The notes below the pieces were generated by a model. The model had not been told where the DNA came from. It made no database searches and was given only the letters and a program-made list of their open reading frames with translations. This document shows positions 1-12,456 of a stretch of DNA of 64,000 nt, piece by piece. The translations under genes and the position numbers were made by a program. This DNA is from Eledone cirrhosa (Eukaryota), in the NCBI GenBank assembly GCA_964016885.1, contig OZ024746.1, forward strand, positions 96,596,001 to 96,660,000. Direction: 5' to 3'. How positions within the stretch are numbered: the first letter of the stretch is position 1; each line of letters opens with the position of its first letter.

Positions 1-445
1 CAATGCTATTCTTTTAAAATTCAATTTTGTGATAAAAGAATTTTCTTTAATACAGTTAATATTCCTTCCCTGCAATTTGATGTTCATCTCGTTTAATTTG
101 TTGGAGATGTCAGGAAGATATGTGATGCCAATCCATTGGTTTTTCTAGTTCATTACACATTTTCTCATCACACAACTTTAAAAATTAAAAAAAATTGTAT
201 CATTGAAATCATAAAAGCATAGCAGAGAGTTTCTCTTAGAAGGCCATTGAACTCCGGTATGCTATAAAAGACACTTAAATCCTTGATCATCTTCATGGCC
301 AACTTTCTGAAAAATAGGAGCATTCAATGGATGAGCTTTTATTTTATTCATTGTTTTAATAACATGGTGCAAAGGTTACGTTGAAATGCTTTGCACTTAA
401 ATGTTTCTGATGAACATTGCAGTAGATTGTAAAGCTATTTGAGCT
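1..445 (-). pseudogene. Decayed hAT (Buster/Charlie/ZBED5-like) transposase fragment
   Basis: Manual minus-strand translation gives IYCNVHQKHLSAK...VIKTMNKIKAHPLNAPIF...FKCLL*HTGVQWPSKRNSL...ITYLPDISNKLNEMNIKLQG. This matches the Buster-type motifs HCxxHRxxL, LLxHTEVRWLSKG and AYLxDIFxKLNExNLxLQG. It has stops and frameshifts. Confidence 0.8.
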
Positions 446-483
446 GTTTAATTGCCCACCTATTCCTGAAGGAGTCGTGAAGG

Positions 484-650
484 CAGAGCCCTCAGTCACA
501 CCTTTGGGAAGATACTATCAGAAGCAACTCTTTCCAAGAGATGCGCTTGAATTCCCAAGCAAGACCAGCTGAATTTTGCCCATGGCCTACCTCTAGGTTT
601 TTTGCCAGTTGGTTTTGCCCATAAAATCTGTCCAGCGAATATGGTTAGAT
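484..650 (-). mobile_element. RTE-type LINE 3' fragment (degenerate)
   Basis: Similar to 51630-51830 (cccaagcaagaccagc; tggttttgcc...aaaatctgtccag). Confidence 0.55.
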
Positions 651-791
651 ATATATTCAAATACAAAAGTTATCAGTAATGTGTTATATTGTGAGGTAAC
701 ACAGAAGCATAATATGGAACAGGCCTCCATCTGTTCAAATGGTAAATATTCCAATTGTTAGATCAACGAAACAGCTTGATCGTGAAATTAA

Positions 792-1415
792 CCCTTTAGC
801 ATTTACATTACTCTGTATATATACTATTGCGTTTTCACAGTAAAGGCTTTACCTCACATAACATTTACATTACTCTGTATATATACTATTGCGTTTTCAC
901 AGTAAAGGCTTTACCTCACATAACATTTACATTACTCTGTATATATACTATTGCGTTTTCACAGTAAAGGCTTTACCTCACATAACATTTACATTACTCT
1001 GTATATATACTATTGCGTTTTCACAGTAAAGGCTTTACCTCACATAACATTTACATTACTCTGTATATATACTATTGCGTTTTCACAGTAAAGGCTTTAC
1101 CTCACATAACATTTACATTACTCTGTATATATACTATTGCGTTTTCACAGTAAAGGCTTTACCTCACATAACATTTACATTACTCTGTATATATACTATT
1201 GCGTTTTCACAGTAAAGGCTTTACCTCACATAACATTTACATTACTCTGTATATATACTATTGCGTTTTCACAGTAAAGGCTTTACCTCACATAATATCA
1301 AATCTAAATTATTTATTTTATAAAACCATACCTTACTATCAATATGAGTCGCTTGTTACAGCCGGTTTGAACAGAAAGAGGCAAGAGAATTGTGGCCGGA
1401 TTAATGTCTAAAGGG
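792..1415. mobile_element. piggyBac-like MITE expanded by an internal 62-bp tandem repeat
   Basis: Ends are TTAA|CCCTTTAGCATT and AATGTCTAAAGGG. The body is the reverse complement of unexpanded copies at about 9390-9583 and 58598-58817. Confidence 0.75.
800..1295. repeat. 62-bp minisatellite, 8 identical copies
   Basis: Unit catttacattactctgtatatatactattgcgttttcacagtaaaggctttacctcacataa starts at 800, 862, 924 and so on to 1234. Confidence 0.97.
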
Positions 1416-1440
1416 CTGAGCATTCCACAGACACGTGTAC

Positions 1441-1790
1441 TTTTAGACACTCTAACCACATGTCCATAGTACTGAAGCTCTGGTCTCTCAATGCGGAAAA
1501 GTAGTAGCTTTTTTATTTCTGAGTATAACCTATCGCGTAACGTTACTCCAAAAGACCCATCGGAGAAACTCCATTTTGGCAGCTTGAATTCTTTCAGTCA
1601 TCAGTCATTACCAAAGATTCATGACCATAGATAAGGGTTGCTGCGAACACTAAATTCAAAATAGTGAGATTGGCTTTTACACCCTCTTCCCTTTCCTGAT
1701 GACCGAGTGCTGAAGCTGGTCCATTACTATATCAGCTCCAGCAATTCTGGTATTTAATTCAATCTCTTGTCTTCCACCATTTATGAATAC
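1441..1790 (-). mobile_element. RTE-type LINE RT C-terminal fragment (degenerate)
   Basis: Colinear with 51820-52150 (ttctttcagtcattaccaaagattcatgaccatag; tggcttttacacc). Confidence 0.65.
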
Positions 1791-2134
1791 AGTCCATTGC
1801 AACCAATCATAGTAAAAGCTCCACCAGTTACACATACAATAAGTTTGGGGAGAGGAATATTTTTATCATTACAAAAAGTGCTCAACTACTTTATAAATTG
1901 TAGAATATTTTGTGTCAGTTTTTGATTGTTCGACAAACATTCTTCTATAACGCTTTGATTAGTATTCAAATACCTCACCTTCTAATCCAGAGGTTCTCAA
2001 AGGGGGTGCTACCAGCACCGGGGGGGGGGGGGGGGACATTGAGAAGGTCCAGGGGTGGTGGGAGGCAGTAGAGATGATATAATAGTATATTAAATATAAA
2101 ATGATACATATATAAATATAGTAAAATAAAAAAT

Positions 2135-2392
2135 ATATAACATTTATACATAGTATATATTATATTTATACATAGTATATATAACATTTATACATAGTAT
2201 ATATAACATTTATACATAGTATATATAACATTTATACATAGTATATATAACATTTATACATAGTATATATTATATTTATACATAGTATATATTACATTTA
2301 TACATAGTATATATTATATTTATACATAGTATATATAACATTTATACATAGTATATATTATATTTATACATAGTATATATTATATTTATATG
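2135..2392. repeat. 22-23-bp AT-rich minisatellite
   Basis: Repeated catttatacatagtatatataa / tatttatacatagtatatatta. Confidence 0.9.
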
Positions 2393-2438
2393 AATTAAGG
2401 AGTTTATTGTATATTGATACAGCCCTGATAATTTCTAC

Positions 2439-3119
2439 ATTGACTATCACTCACAACTGAGTATGACTAAATTGACTATCACTTGTAACTGAGTAAGACT
2501 AAATTGACTATTACTCACAACTGAGTATGACTAAATTGACTATCACTTGTAACTGAGTAAGACTAAATTGACTATCACTTGTAATTGAGTAAGACTAAAT
2601 TGACTATCACTTGTAATTGAGTAAGACTAAATTGACTATCACTCACAACTAAGTATGACTAAATTGACTATCACTTGTAACTGAGTATGACTAAATTGAC
2701 TATCACTCACAACTGAGTATGACTAAATTGACTATCACTTGTAACTGAGTAAGACTAAATTGACTATCACTCACAACTGAGTATGACTAAATTGACTATC
2801 ACTTGTAACTGAGTATGACTAAATTGACTATCACTCACAACTGAGTATGACTAAATTGACTATCACTTGTAACTGAGTAAGACTAAATTGACTATCACTC
2901 AACTGAGTAAGACTAAATTGACTATCACTCACAACTGAGTATGACTAAATTGACTATCACTTGTAACTGAGTAAGACTAAATTGACTATCACTTGTAACT
3001 GAGTATGACTAAATTGACTATCACTTGTAACTGAGTATGACTAAATTGACTATCACTTGTAACTGAGTATGACTAAATTGACTATCACTTGTAACTGAGT
3101 ATGACTAAATTGACTATCA
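2439..3119. repeat. 32-bp minisatellite, about 21 copies with two variable sites
   Basis: Unit attgactatcact(tgt/cac)aactgagta(t/a)gactaa, head-to-tail, no spacers. Confidence 0.97.
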
Positions 3120-3780
3120 GTCGCTGTCACTCGCAATTGAGTATTACTATGTAGGATGCCCCATGCTTTTGCTAAGGGTTTTGGGTGCCCACACAGTCAC
3201 TAGCAAATACAAACATTCACTAAACTCTGCCTCCTTTGATTCTGTGGAACATCCAGAATGTGACAGCTGGAAATATACAGGGCAGCTCCAGCCCTGGGCT
3301 GGTATGACACCGAAAGGATAAAAGATAAAGTAAAGAATTAGATAAATGAAAAAACAGTGTTGTCTCAGATCGAGACGAAGCAAGAGTGCACCCGAATCTA
3401 AACTATAATGAAGTAAGGAGTGCGGGACTGCGTACGGTTTATAATTTTTTTTATTCCATTAGTAAAATAAGTTGGATTACTTTGATTAAATAATGAATGA
3501 ATATTACATAATTTATCTCCTAAATTTTGTGGCTGTTAATTAAATATATTTTATTGTTTATTTAAAAATTCACTTCTTTAAAATTTTCAAATGTCAACAC
3601 TTCCACTTAGCAATCGCTTAAATAAATATTCATATATTTCCGTCACTAATTTTCTCCTAATGCAGTTTATATATAATATCTTTTTTTAATGTATCATGGA
3701 TTACGTTACTGATTACAGGAGACAGTGTAACGTAGTCTTCCTTCAATTTCTGTGTATATTGTTAATTACGATGTTATTTG

Positions 3781-3897
3781 ATGTATCATATCTACATGTA
3801 TATATACTTGTGTATAATATCAATATACACACTACACATGTATCATATCTCCATGTATATATACTTGTGTATAATATCAATATACACACTACACATG
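3781..3897. repeat. 57-bp direct duplication
   Basis: atgtatcatatct(a/c)catgtatatatacttgtgtataatatcaatatacacactacac at 3781 and 3838. Confidence 0.9.
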
Positions 3898-4499
3898 CGA
3901 GCAGAAAACCACGCTTTGGGTGGTTTTCTGGTAGTACATATAAAAATGAGGAAAAAAAAAAAAAAAAAATCCCTAGAACAGCTGCTAAAACAGCTAAATA
4001 CTGTCAAAGACAGAGCTATGATAAAGTTAAATGAAAGATCGAGACGAAGCAACTGCATTTTTGCCCATCACTGTCTTTCACAACATTTAGCTGTTTTAGT
4101 GGCTGCTCTAGCAATGAGTTTTCTCATTTTTATATGCAAAAAGAATTACTGATGCTATATCTCTTTTACACAGGCTCATTATAACATTTATAAGTTCATT
4201 TACACCTGGTAAAAAACGGGTTTCACTTAGCATGGAGTTTTAAAAATTTGGTGATTATCTATATACTTGAGTGATACCTGTTATATGTCAGGTCATTTTG
4301 GAAGTATATTTGTACCACCGTGTGTTAAGGGAGGTAAATACATAAATATGCATAAATGTATTTATAAAAATAAATAAATTCAATATGCCTGTAACCTTAC
4401 ATATATGATAAATACAGATTTGTTTACATATACAGTCAAGGATTAGCCAATACTGCCAGAATTAGCATATATATCATCTTGGATGCAGCAGTTAGGACA

Positions 4500-4760
4500 A
4501 GAGCAACAGCTTCTGCAGCAGAACAGAACAAAATCCTAAAATACCGTGATCTGTCGGCCAACTACATTTTCCAGCCTGTGGCGTTCGAGGCGTTTGGGGA
4601 GTTGGGCTACTGACTGTGCGGTTCCCATCTTCACTGGCGGCTCGCCTAACCGAGGTAACTGGTGATGCTCGTGAGGGCGCTTGGTTGTTCCAGCACATCA
4701 GCCTCGCCATCACCCGAGGTAACGGTGCGAGCGTGTTGGCTTGCCCAAAAAATTATTAGA
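4500..4760 (+). mobile_element. CRE-clade non-LTR retrotransposon, C-terminal restriction-like endonuclease fragment
   Basis: Translates as ATASAAEQNKILKYRDLSANYIFQPVAFEAFG, then a frameshift, then LAARLTEVTGDAREGAWLFQHISLAITRGNGASVLAC, a typical CRE C-terminus. Confidence 0.8.
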
Positions 4761-4840
4761 GAGGTTTTCCAATGCTCCTCGCGATATTATCTTTTGCTCT
4801 GGCAGCATCGTTTGTCCACCCCTTTCTCCTCCTTTTTGTT

Positions 4841-6295
4841 GTCCTAGATGTGTGTATTACCTGCTTGTGTGTTGTATGTGGTCCTAGATGTGTGTATTAC
4901 CTGCTTGTGTGTTGTATGTGGTCCTAGATGTGTGTATTACCTGCTTGTGTGTTGTATGTGGTCCTAGATGTGTGTATTACTTGCTTGTGTGTTGAATGTG
5001 GTCCTAGATGTGTGTATTACTTGCTTGTGTGTTGAATGTGGTCCTAGATGTGTGTATTACCTGCTTCTGTGTTGTATGTGGTCCTAGATCTGTATTACCT
5101 GCTTGTGTGTTGCATGTGGTTCTAGATGTGTGTATTACCTGCTTGTGTGTTGTATGTGGTCCTAGATGTGTATTACCTGCTTGTGTGTTGTATGTGATCC
5201 TAGATGTATGTATTACCTGCTTGTGTGTTGTATGTGGTCCTAGATGTGTGTATTACCTGCTTGTGTGTTGTATGTGGTCCTAGATGTGTGTATTACTTGC
5301 TTGTGTGTTGAATGTGGTCCTAGATGTGTGTATTACTTGCTTGTGTGTTGAATGTGGTCCTAGATGTGTGTATTACTTGCTTGTGTGTTGTATGTGGTCC
5401 TAGATGTGTATTACCTGCTTGTATGTGATCCTAGATGTATGTATTACCTGCTTGTGTGTTGTATGTGGTCCTAGATGTGTGTATTACCTGCTTGTGTGTT
5501 GTATGTGGTCCTAGATGTGTGTATTACCTGCTTGTGTGTTGTATGTGGTCCTAGATGTGTGTACTACCTGCTTCTGTGTTGTATGTGGTCCTAGATGTGT
5601 GTATTACCTGCTTGTGTGTTGTATGTGGTCCTAGATGTGTATATTACCTGCTTGTGTGTTGTATGTGGTCCTAGATGTGTGTATTACCTGCTTGTGTGTT
5701 GTATGTGGTCCTAAATGTGTGTATTACCTGCTTGTGTGTTGTATGTGGTCCTAGATGTGTGTATTACCTGCTTCTGTGTTGTATGTGGTCCTAGATGTGT
5801 GTATTACCTGCTTGTGTGTTGTATGTGGTCCTAGATGTGTGTATTACCTGCTTGTGTTGTGTATGTGGTCCTAGATGTGTATTACCTACTTGTGTGTTGT
5901 ATGTGGTCCTAGATGTATGTATTACCTGCTTGTGTGTTGTATGTGGTCCTAGATGTATGTATTACCTGCTTGTGTGTTGTATGTGGTCCTATTTGTGTGT
6001 ATTACCTGCTTGTGTGTTGTATCTGGTCCTATATGTGTGTATTACCTGCTTGTGTGTTGTATGTGGTCCTATATGTGTGTATTACCTGCTTGTGTGTTGT
6101 ATGTGGTCCTAGATGTGTATTACCTACCTGTGTGTTGTATGTGGTCCTAGATGTATGTATTACCTGCTTGTGTGTTGTATGTTGTCCTATTTGTGTGTAT
6201 TACCTGCTTGTGTGTTGTATGTGGTCCTATTTGTGTGTATTACCTGCTTGTGTGCTGTATCTGGTCCTATATGTGTGTATTACCTTCTTGTGTGT
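4841..6295. repeat. 40-bp GT-rich minisatellite, about 36 copies
   Basis: Unit gtcctagatgtgtgtattacctgcttgtgtgttgtatgtg; source of the Cys/Val-rich spurious ORFs. Confidence 0.97.
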
Positions 6296-6359
6296 TTTGT
6301 TTTGTTTGCCTTTCCCCATCTCTTTCTATTTGTAATATATTGACAGTTACGCCTTAACA

Positions 6360-6392
<33 letters not shown>

Positions 6393-6799
6393 CTTTTATA
6401 ACAGAGAATGAAATTTTATAACTATATATATGTCTGTGTGTGTGTGTGTGTGTTAAAGACAAACAGAAATAACAAAGCAAACAACACAGTACAATGAAGA
6501 AATATATTATTACGCTTGATATAGTAATATAGTAGGAAAAGAGTTAACGTTTCGGACGCTAGCCCTTCATCAGAAAGTAGAATGAGAAATTAAAGAAGAA
6601 ATAGAAAGATTGAGGAAATGGGCAGTGATAGAAACAAAAAATATATATATGTACATTGAGAATGAGTATATAAACATGTAGTAACCTTTCTCGCAAACAG
6701 AAATAAAATGATGAATTTAATGTATGTTACAGACATAGTTTTAAAAGAAAACATTGATTTGAAAAAAGGAACAGTAAAAAACTGATAAAAAGAGTATTT

Positions 6800-7500
6800 A
6801 TTTTAATATAATATACAGTTTCATATAATATAGTTTTATATAATATACAGTTTTATATAATATATATTTTAATATAATATACAGTTTTATATAATATATA
6901 TTTTAATATAGTATATAGCTTCATATAATAAATAGTATCATATAATATATATTTTAATATAGTATATAGCTTCATATACTAAATAGTTTCATATACTATA
7001 TAGTATCATATGCTATATATTTTCATATAATATATAGCATCATATACTATATAGTAGCATATACTATATAGTAGCATATACTATATAGTAGCATATACTA
7101 TATAGTAGCATATACTATATAGTAGCATATACTATATGATACTATATATTATATGATACTATATAGTATATGATACTATATAGTATATGATACTATATAG
7201 TATCATATACTATATAGTATCATATACTATACAGTATCATATACTATACAGTATCATATACTATACAGTATCATATACTATACAGTATCATATACTATAC
7301 AGTATCATATAATATATAGTATCATATAATATATAGTATCATATAATATATAGTATCATATAATATATAGTATCATATAATATATAGTATCATATAGTAT
7401 ATAGTATAATATACTATATAGTATAATATACTATATAGTATAATATACTATATAGTATAATATACTATATAGTATCATAATATATAGTATCATATAATAT
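6800..7500. repeat. AT-rich short-period tandem repeats
   Basis: Runs of catatactatatagtag, catatactatacagtat and catataatatatagtat. Confidence 0.85.
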
Positions 7501-8479
7501 CACTATTTATCAAAAAGAACAGCAAAATGACGAAAGGAAAACAACTTTGTACAGAACCTATGAAATAAGTTTACTTTCGTGTGTATTTGTGTGTGTGTGT
7601 GTATTTGTATGTGTGTGTGTTTGTTTGTGTGTGTATGTGTCTATGTGTGTGGGTGTGTGTGTGTTTGTGCATGTGTGTATTTGTGTTTGTGTGTATTTAT
7701 CTGTGTGTATGTTTATTTGTGTGTGTGTATTTTTAGTTGTGTGTATTTGTGTGTGCGCATGCGTGGCCTCTTGCATTCAACTCTTTCTCCCCCTCCACTC
7801 CACATCTTTACTCCCCCATTCAAGCCACACTCTAATGATCTCTCTCACCTCTCTCCCTATGATGACTCCTAGCTAACCTACCAAAACACCTAGTATTATA
7901 TATTAGAGATTATATTGTATTATTGTTGTATATGTCGTGTAAAAGGTATGTCACAAAGAAAAGGTAAGCAGCGCCTCCAAGAGAAATTTTGTAAGGCAGT
8001 ACAAGACCCCTCTGGGGCCCGAAGCAGGCAAAGATTTTTCTCAAAATGGATGTTGCATGGTTGCTGTGGAGCCTTCTTAGCTCTTGAGCCCCAGAACAAA
8101 GTACTGGCTGGACACCCCACTCATAGCATTAAAGCATTAATCAACTGTCAGCTATAGTAGAACACACCTGCCCAGGGTGCTAGGCGGTGATGGTTAACCC
8201 TTGGCCAGATGGTTGCAAAATAAACTCTGTAACCACACAGCCATGTCGACTCCGTTTTCATAAATTTGTCTATTTCTTTTCTAAAATCCTGAAAGCACCC
8301 TGCATATATTTTTGTTTCATCTGAATATTTTTAAATGGCTGAATATTTTTAAAGGTTTCATTCCTTTGTTAGGGAAAGTTATTTTTTAACCCCCCACATA
8401 TCAAACACATTGGTAACTCTGTGATTAATCAGTGTTGCTTTCTTTCCATGAGTGCAAAATTCTTGGGGAGTGGGTTGGT

Positions 8480-9065
8480 GCCCTACACAGTCTGGATGAG
8501 CTCCACATCTCCATGCTCTCAGAGTGGGAGCCGATGTCTAAGGGGGTTTGAAATGTCTCTGCGGTAGACCCCTTGACTCCACAGTCATGCTGCATGAATG
8601 CTGGTCGTTTCACTCGCCATACCAAGCTAAATTTAATTATTAAGTGGGGTCTGACTCTGGTAAATATCCCCTCAATTCTGGAGCCAACTGGATTATCCCA
8701 GGGTTGATGGGAAAATACCAAACAGCTTACCCTTTGTCCCTAGATAGATATCTCATATGGAACATCACAGTTAGTAACCTTTTTGCTCTTTCCTACACCC
8801 TGGATGATGCAATAAAATCAGGGCCACTGCTTCCATAGTCGAATGGAATGAAATGTTAAAATACTGGGAATTATCAATGAAATATTTTTTCCAGCTTGTA
8901 GTGTTTGAGTTGTTTGGAAGAGTTGGGTCGCTGACAATGAAGTTCTTGTTATTGATCAAGGTTTCAGGTGATGCCCGTGAGGGTGCTTGGTTTTTCCAAT
9001 GTCTTAACTACACTGTCACTCACGGTAATGTTGCGGGTGTGTTGGCTTGCTTAAAAAGGTATTAG
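8480..9065 (+). mobile_element. CRE-clade non-LTR retrotransposon 3' fragment (zinc knuckle + RLE), decayed
   Basis: SCCMNAGRFTRHTKLNLIIKWGLTLVNIPSILEPTGLSQG...YFFQLVVFELFGRVG...VSGDAREGAWFFQCLNYTVTHGNVAGVLAC; homologous to 4500-4760 and 10689-10988. Confidence 0.8.
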
Positions 9066-9389
9066 AGGGAAATTTTGGCACCCCTTATGGTGTGTAACCG
9101 GTAGACACTGTTGATATAATATTTTCTTTCATTTTGATTCGATATTTTCTTGTGAAATATTTATGTAATTAGGTAATAAAGATATATGTGTGTATGTGTC
9201 GAATTTTGACAGCTATGGCATTTGTGCTTGTAATTTCAAGCTATCTATATTGTCAGCATATTTGTTTGGGAAAAAATGTGAACTTTGCTATTATGTAATT
9301 TCATGTACATTGTTTATTTCGATATAATAAAATAAAACAACTCCATATTTCAAATATTTACATAAATATTGACAACACTTTTAAGTTGA

Positions 9390-9583
9390 CCCTTTAGCAT
9401 TTAAACCGTCCATATCCGGCCAGAATTCTCTCACCTCTTTCTGTCAAACCAGCCACTCATACTGATGTTAAGGTATGGTTCTCAAAATAAATATCAAAAT
9501 TTCATAGATTTGATATTATGTGAGGTAAAGCCTTTACCATGAAAATATACAAGTAAATATAGAGAAACCTGAATGCTAAAGAG
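9390..9583. mobile_element. piggyBac-like MITE, about 195 bp
   Basis: TIRs ccctttagcatt / aatgctaaagag with TTAA-like flanks (ttga, ttag); same family as 792-1415 and 58598-58817. Confidence 0.7.
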
Positions 9584-9943
9584 TTAGGTGGTACTTAAAA
9601 ATCAGCCCCTTTTTAAAAGTGTTTATATTTATCTATAGTGTAAACTAAATGGCTAATTCTGTTTTTTTTTTAAATATCAACCTATAAAAATTATTGATTT
9701 TCCACCACCACTCTGCTTATTCCAACCCTTCCTCCCTATTATTTGGGACCATTGTAAAACCAAAGAAACTTTGTAAACCCCACGGAGACTACAGTCTTTG
9801 CAATTTCCAGTGATTTCAATGTGAGTACAACGCAGATCAAAGTGAGAAAAATGATTTCAAGTGAGTATATATCACTTCAAAGTGAGAATAGTGATTCCAT
9901 AGCGAGCTCATGTCATGTCAACAAAAGCTAAACATTATTTATC

Positions 9944-10050
9944 CCGCCGAGGTTAACTTTGTCTTTCATCCTTACGAGGTCGATAAAATAAAGTACCAGT
10001 AATGTACTGGGTAATTACTGGCCTTGTGCCAAAAGTAGAAACAATTATTG
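9944..10050 (+). mobile_element. SINE 3' part (abundant family)
   Basis: cccgccgaggttaactttg...gtcgataaaataaagtaccagt...ggccttgtgccaaaagtagaaacaatt; near-identical text at 50450-50560. Confidence 0.7.
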
Positions 10051-10688
10051 TAATAACTCGTTTTCTATAGAAATATTGCATTGATAGAATCTAACGAGGT
10101 TTGTAGCTTCTAATAGTTTAAGAGTGAAATTGCTTGTTTTTTTAAGTGTTTTTTAATGCCAAGAGACTTACAAAATAGAGCGAACATTGAACAAAGCAGA
10201 CAGATATGTTTAATATTGCAGTTAACTCAGATTGTTATGGTCGGGGATCAGCTCAATTCTCTCCATTACATGGGAAATATTATAAACCAGTGGTCGCCAA
10301 CCTTTTTTATACCACCGACCGGCTTCATGCTGGACAATCTTTCCGCGGACTGGTAGTTGCACATATATGTTGTTTAAGTGTATTTCGATAAAGAGAGCAG
10401 TATTAAAAGGAGGAATTTATTAAAGGGAAGAAAATGTGTATTGAGTATATGAATATTGAATATTTAAACAAATCTTTTTAAAATTAAAGTCCGATATTCA
10501 ATTTATCTATTACAGGTAAAATTCCGTTATAACGAATATCATTATAATGAATCTTTTTTTCAATCCCCGAGATAATAAACAAACGCTCGATTTGTTTCGG
10601 AAGGAGTGACCCCCGTATTTACCGTCCATGATGTGGGAGGGAGCAAAATCATCACTGACTGTGGTGTCCCAGATGAGACACCTGCCCC

Positions 10689-10988
10689 TTATCCTAGGCC
10701 GCCTGGTTTCTTCCCATCACTTCTGGATAATCCAATCGGCTCCAGAACTGAGGGGATATTCACCCGAGCTAGAACCCGCTTAATGATCAGGTTTAGTTCG
10801 GGGTGGCGGGCGAAATGACCAGCATACAGGCGGTAGGACAAACCATGTAGGCCTGTGGAGTCGAGGGACCTACCACAACAACATCCCAGACCCCCACATA
10901 CATCGGCTCCCATTCGAAGTGCAATGGAGATGCGGAGCTCGTCCTGACTGAGAAGGCCACCAAATGTTGGCCACAAGCAAAGCATCAA
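10689..10988 (-). mobile_element. CRE-clade non-LTR retrotransposon fragment
   Basis: ORF track: LRISIALRMGADVC...CCCGRSLDSTGLHGLS...ARHPELNLIIKRVLARVNIPSVLEPIGLSRSDGKKPGG (CCHC knuckle, RH motif, decayed RPD motif). Confidence 0.85.
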
Positions 10989-11157
10989 TCCAGCCCCTAA
11001 AATATATTATTAGAAGTTACTACCATATAATATATACACATTTCTTTTGATGTTAATCCTTCGATTTTATTTATCTTTCATTTCATATTTCATTTTGTTT
11101 GATAATTTTTTAATAAATTATTATGCGGATAAATCGGGTAACCTTCACTTGCATTTA

Positions 11158-11538
11158 CTCTCGAGTCTCGAATAATCGTCCCTCGCTTATTAATTTTTCA
11201 GATTTTTTCCACCTCACCCCCGTTCTTATTCCCCTGCCCTGCTTGTTAAAGTTTGCTACTTTATCTCCGGCAAAATTTTATTTTAAGTGGTAGCATTCCT
11301 ACGACAATTAATTTTCTTTATTCATTAAAAAACATTATACACGACAAAAAAAAAGTACATTACTAGAAATCCCATACATTCTAAAATAAATAGGATGAGT
11401 TGGGGGGGTCTTAATATGTAAACTAAACGACTAATTCTGGTGTTTAAAAAATTCAACGGAGACAGCCTAGAAAAATTACCGATTTTCCACCCATCCTCCT
11501 GCTTATTCCACCCTCCACTATTATTTGGGACCCGAGAG
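11158..11538. mobile_element. Tc1/mariner-type MITE with TA target duplication
   Basis: TA|ctctcgagtctcgaataat ... attatttgggacccgagag|TA imperfect TIRs; partial copy near 9700-9750. Confidence 0.7.
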
Positions 11539-11547
11539 TAATTTGAA

Positions 11548-11670
11548 CAGCCATGAGCTTGGCTGGTCTTGCTTGGGGATCCAGCTGGATCAGTTGGAGA
11601 CGACGGTTGCTTCTTTCTGATAGGAACCTCTGGAAGGAGTGTTTGAGCACTCTGTCCCCACCAAGACCCT
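11548..11670 (+). mobile_element. RTE-type LINE 3' fragment
   Basis: catgagcttggctggtcttgcttggggatccagc (HELGWSCLGIQ), shared with 13350, 13690 (minus), 16265 and 51700 (minus). Confidence 0.6.
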
Positions 11671-11978
11671 CTAAGAAGAAGAAGAAGAAGAAATAATGTT
11701 AAAAATTGCTCGTAATAAAATATTATGGACCAGCCTTGCCACATCCTTTATGATTACCACCAGATATTGTCGATTGTCATCTTCACACGTACTTTTAAAT
11801 CGAAAGATTACTCATTGTCCTTAACAACGGAAAACCCCAGTGTTTTTCCTGTTTATTTTCCAGAAGTATTACAGCACCTCCGCACGAACGTAAGTGACTG
11901 ACTGGCAATATAAATAGATTTGCAACTTAATAACATTCAACCGATAGCTCGTGGTTTTTGTTGTTTTTTGTGTGTATA

Positions 11979-12456
11979 CCGGAGTGATGAAAAGTTCCTG
12001 GCTTTGGGTAAAAGAAAATACAGGAGGATCAATTAATTATGATTTTATTCAACATATCCCCCTCTCAGATTCACACACTTATTTCTGGGGCCCTACCTCC
12101 CCTGTAAAGGTAACAGCTCTACTCTTTCTCAATACCTTTAAGTCGGGAACTTTTCAGCACCAGGGCCAGATTTAATTGGAGGCGGGGGGGGGGGGGGGTT
12201 CCCCGAGGCCCCACCACCGCCGGTCGTAGCAATTTATGTGTGCCCTCAGCTGGGCTTTTTACTTTCGGGATGGTTAGAATTGTTGAATTTAATACCTGTA
12301 TGTATAACTTTACAATTCGAATTACTTGCACCAAGCTTTGATATGTAAAATTGGGGGGAGGGGGGGGGTCTATATTTTTGTGTGTGAAGCCCCCTCCCCC
12401 AACCTGAAGTACCCCGGGCCTCCAAGGTCGAAATCCAACCCTGTTCAGCACCCTCG
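11979..12456. mobile_element. mariner-like MITE whose right TIR is interrupted by a hAT MITE
   Basis: Left end TA|ccggagtgatgaaaagttcctggctt; right end aagtcgggaacttttcagcac[insert]cctcg|TA. Confidence 0.7.
12161..12443. mobile_element. hAT-type MITE with perfect 8-bp TSD
   Basis: TSD ttcagcac at 12153-12160 and 12444-12451; TIRs cagggccagattt / aaatccaaccctg. Confidence 0.85.

Noticed and set aside
800-3119. CRISPR-like appearance of the 62-bp and 32-bp repeats
   Set aside because: Head-to-tail units with no unique spacers, no cas genes, eukaryotic context.
3147-3383. Possible host exon in a GC-richer island
   Set aside because: No recognisable protein motif or supported splice pair.
4841-6357. 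Cys/Val-rich ORFs
   Set aside because: Products of the 40-bp minisatellite.
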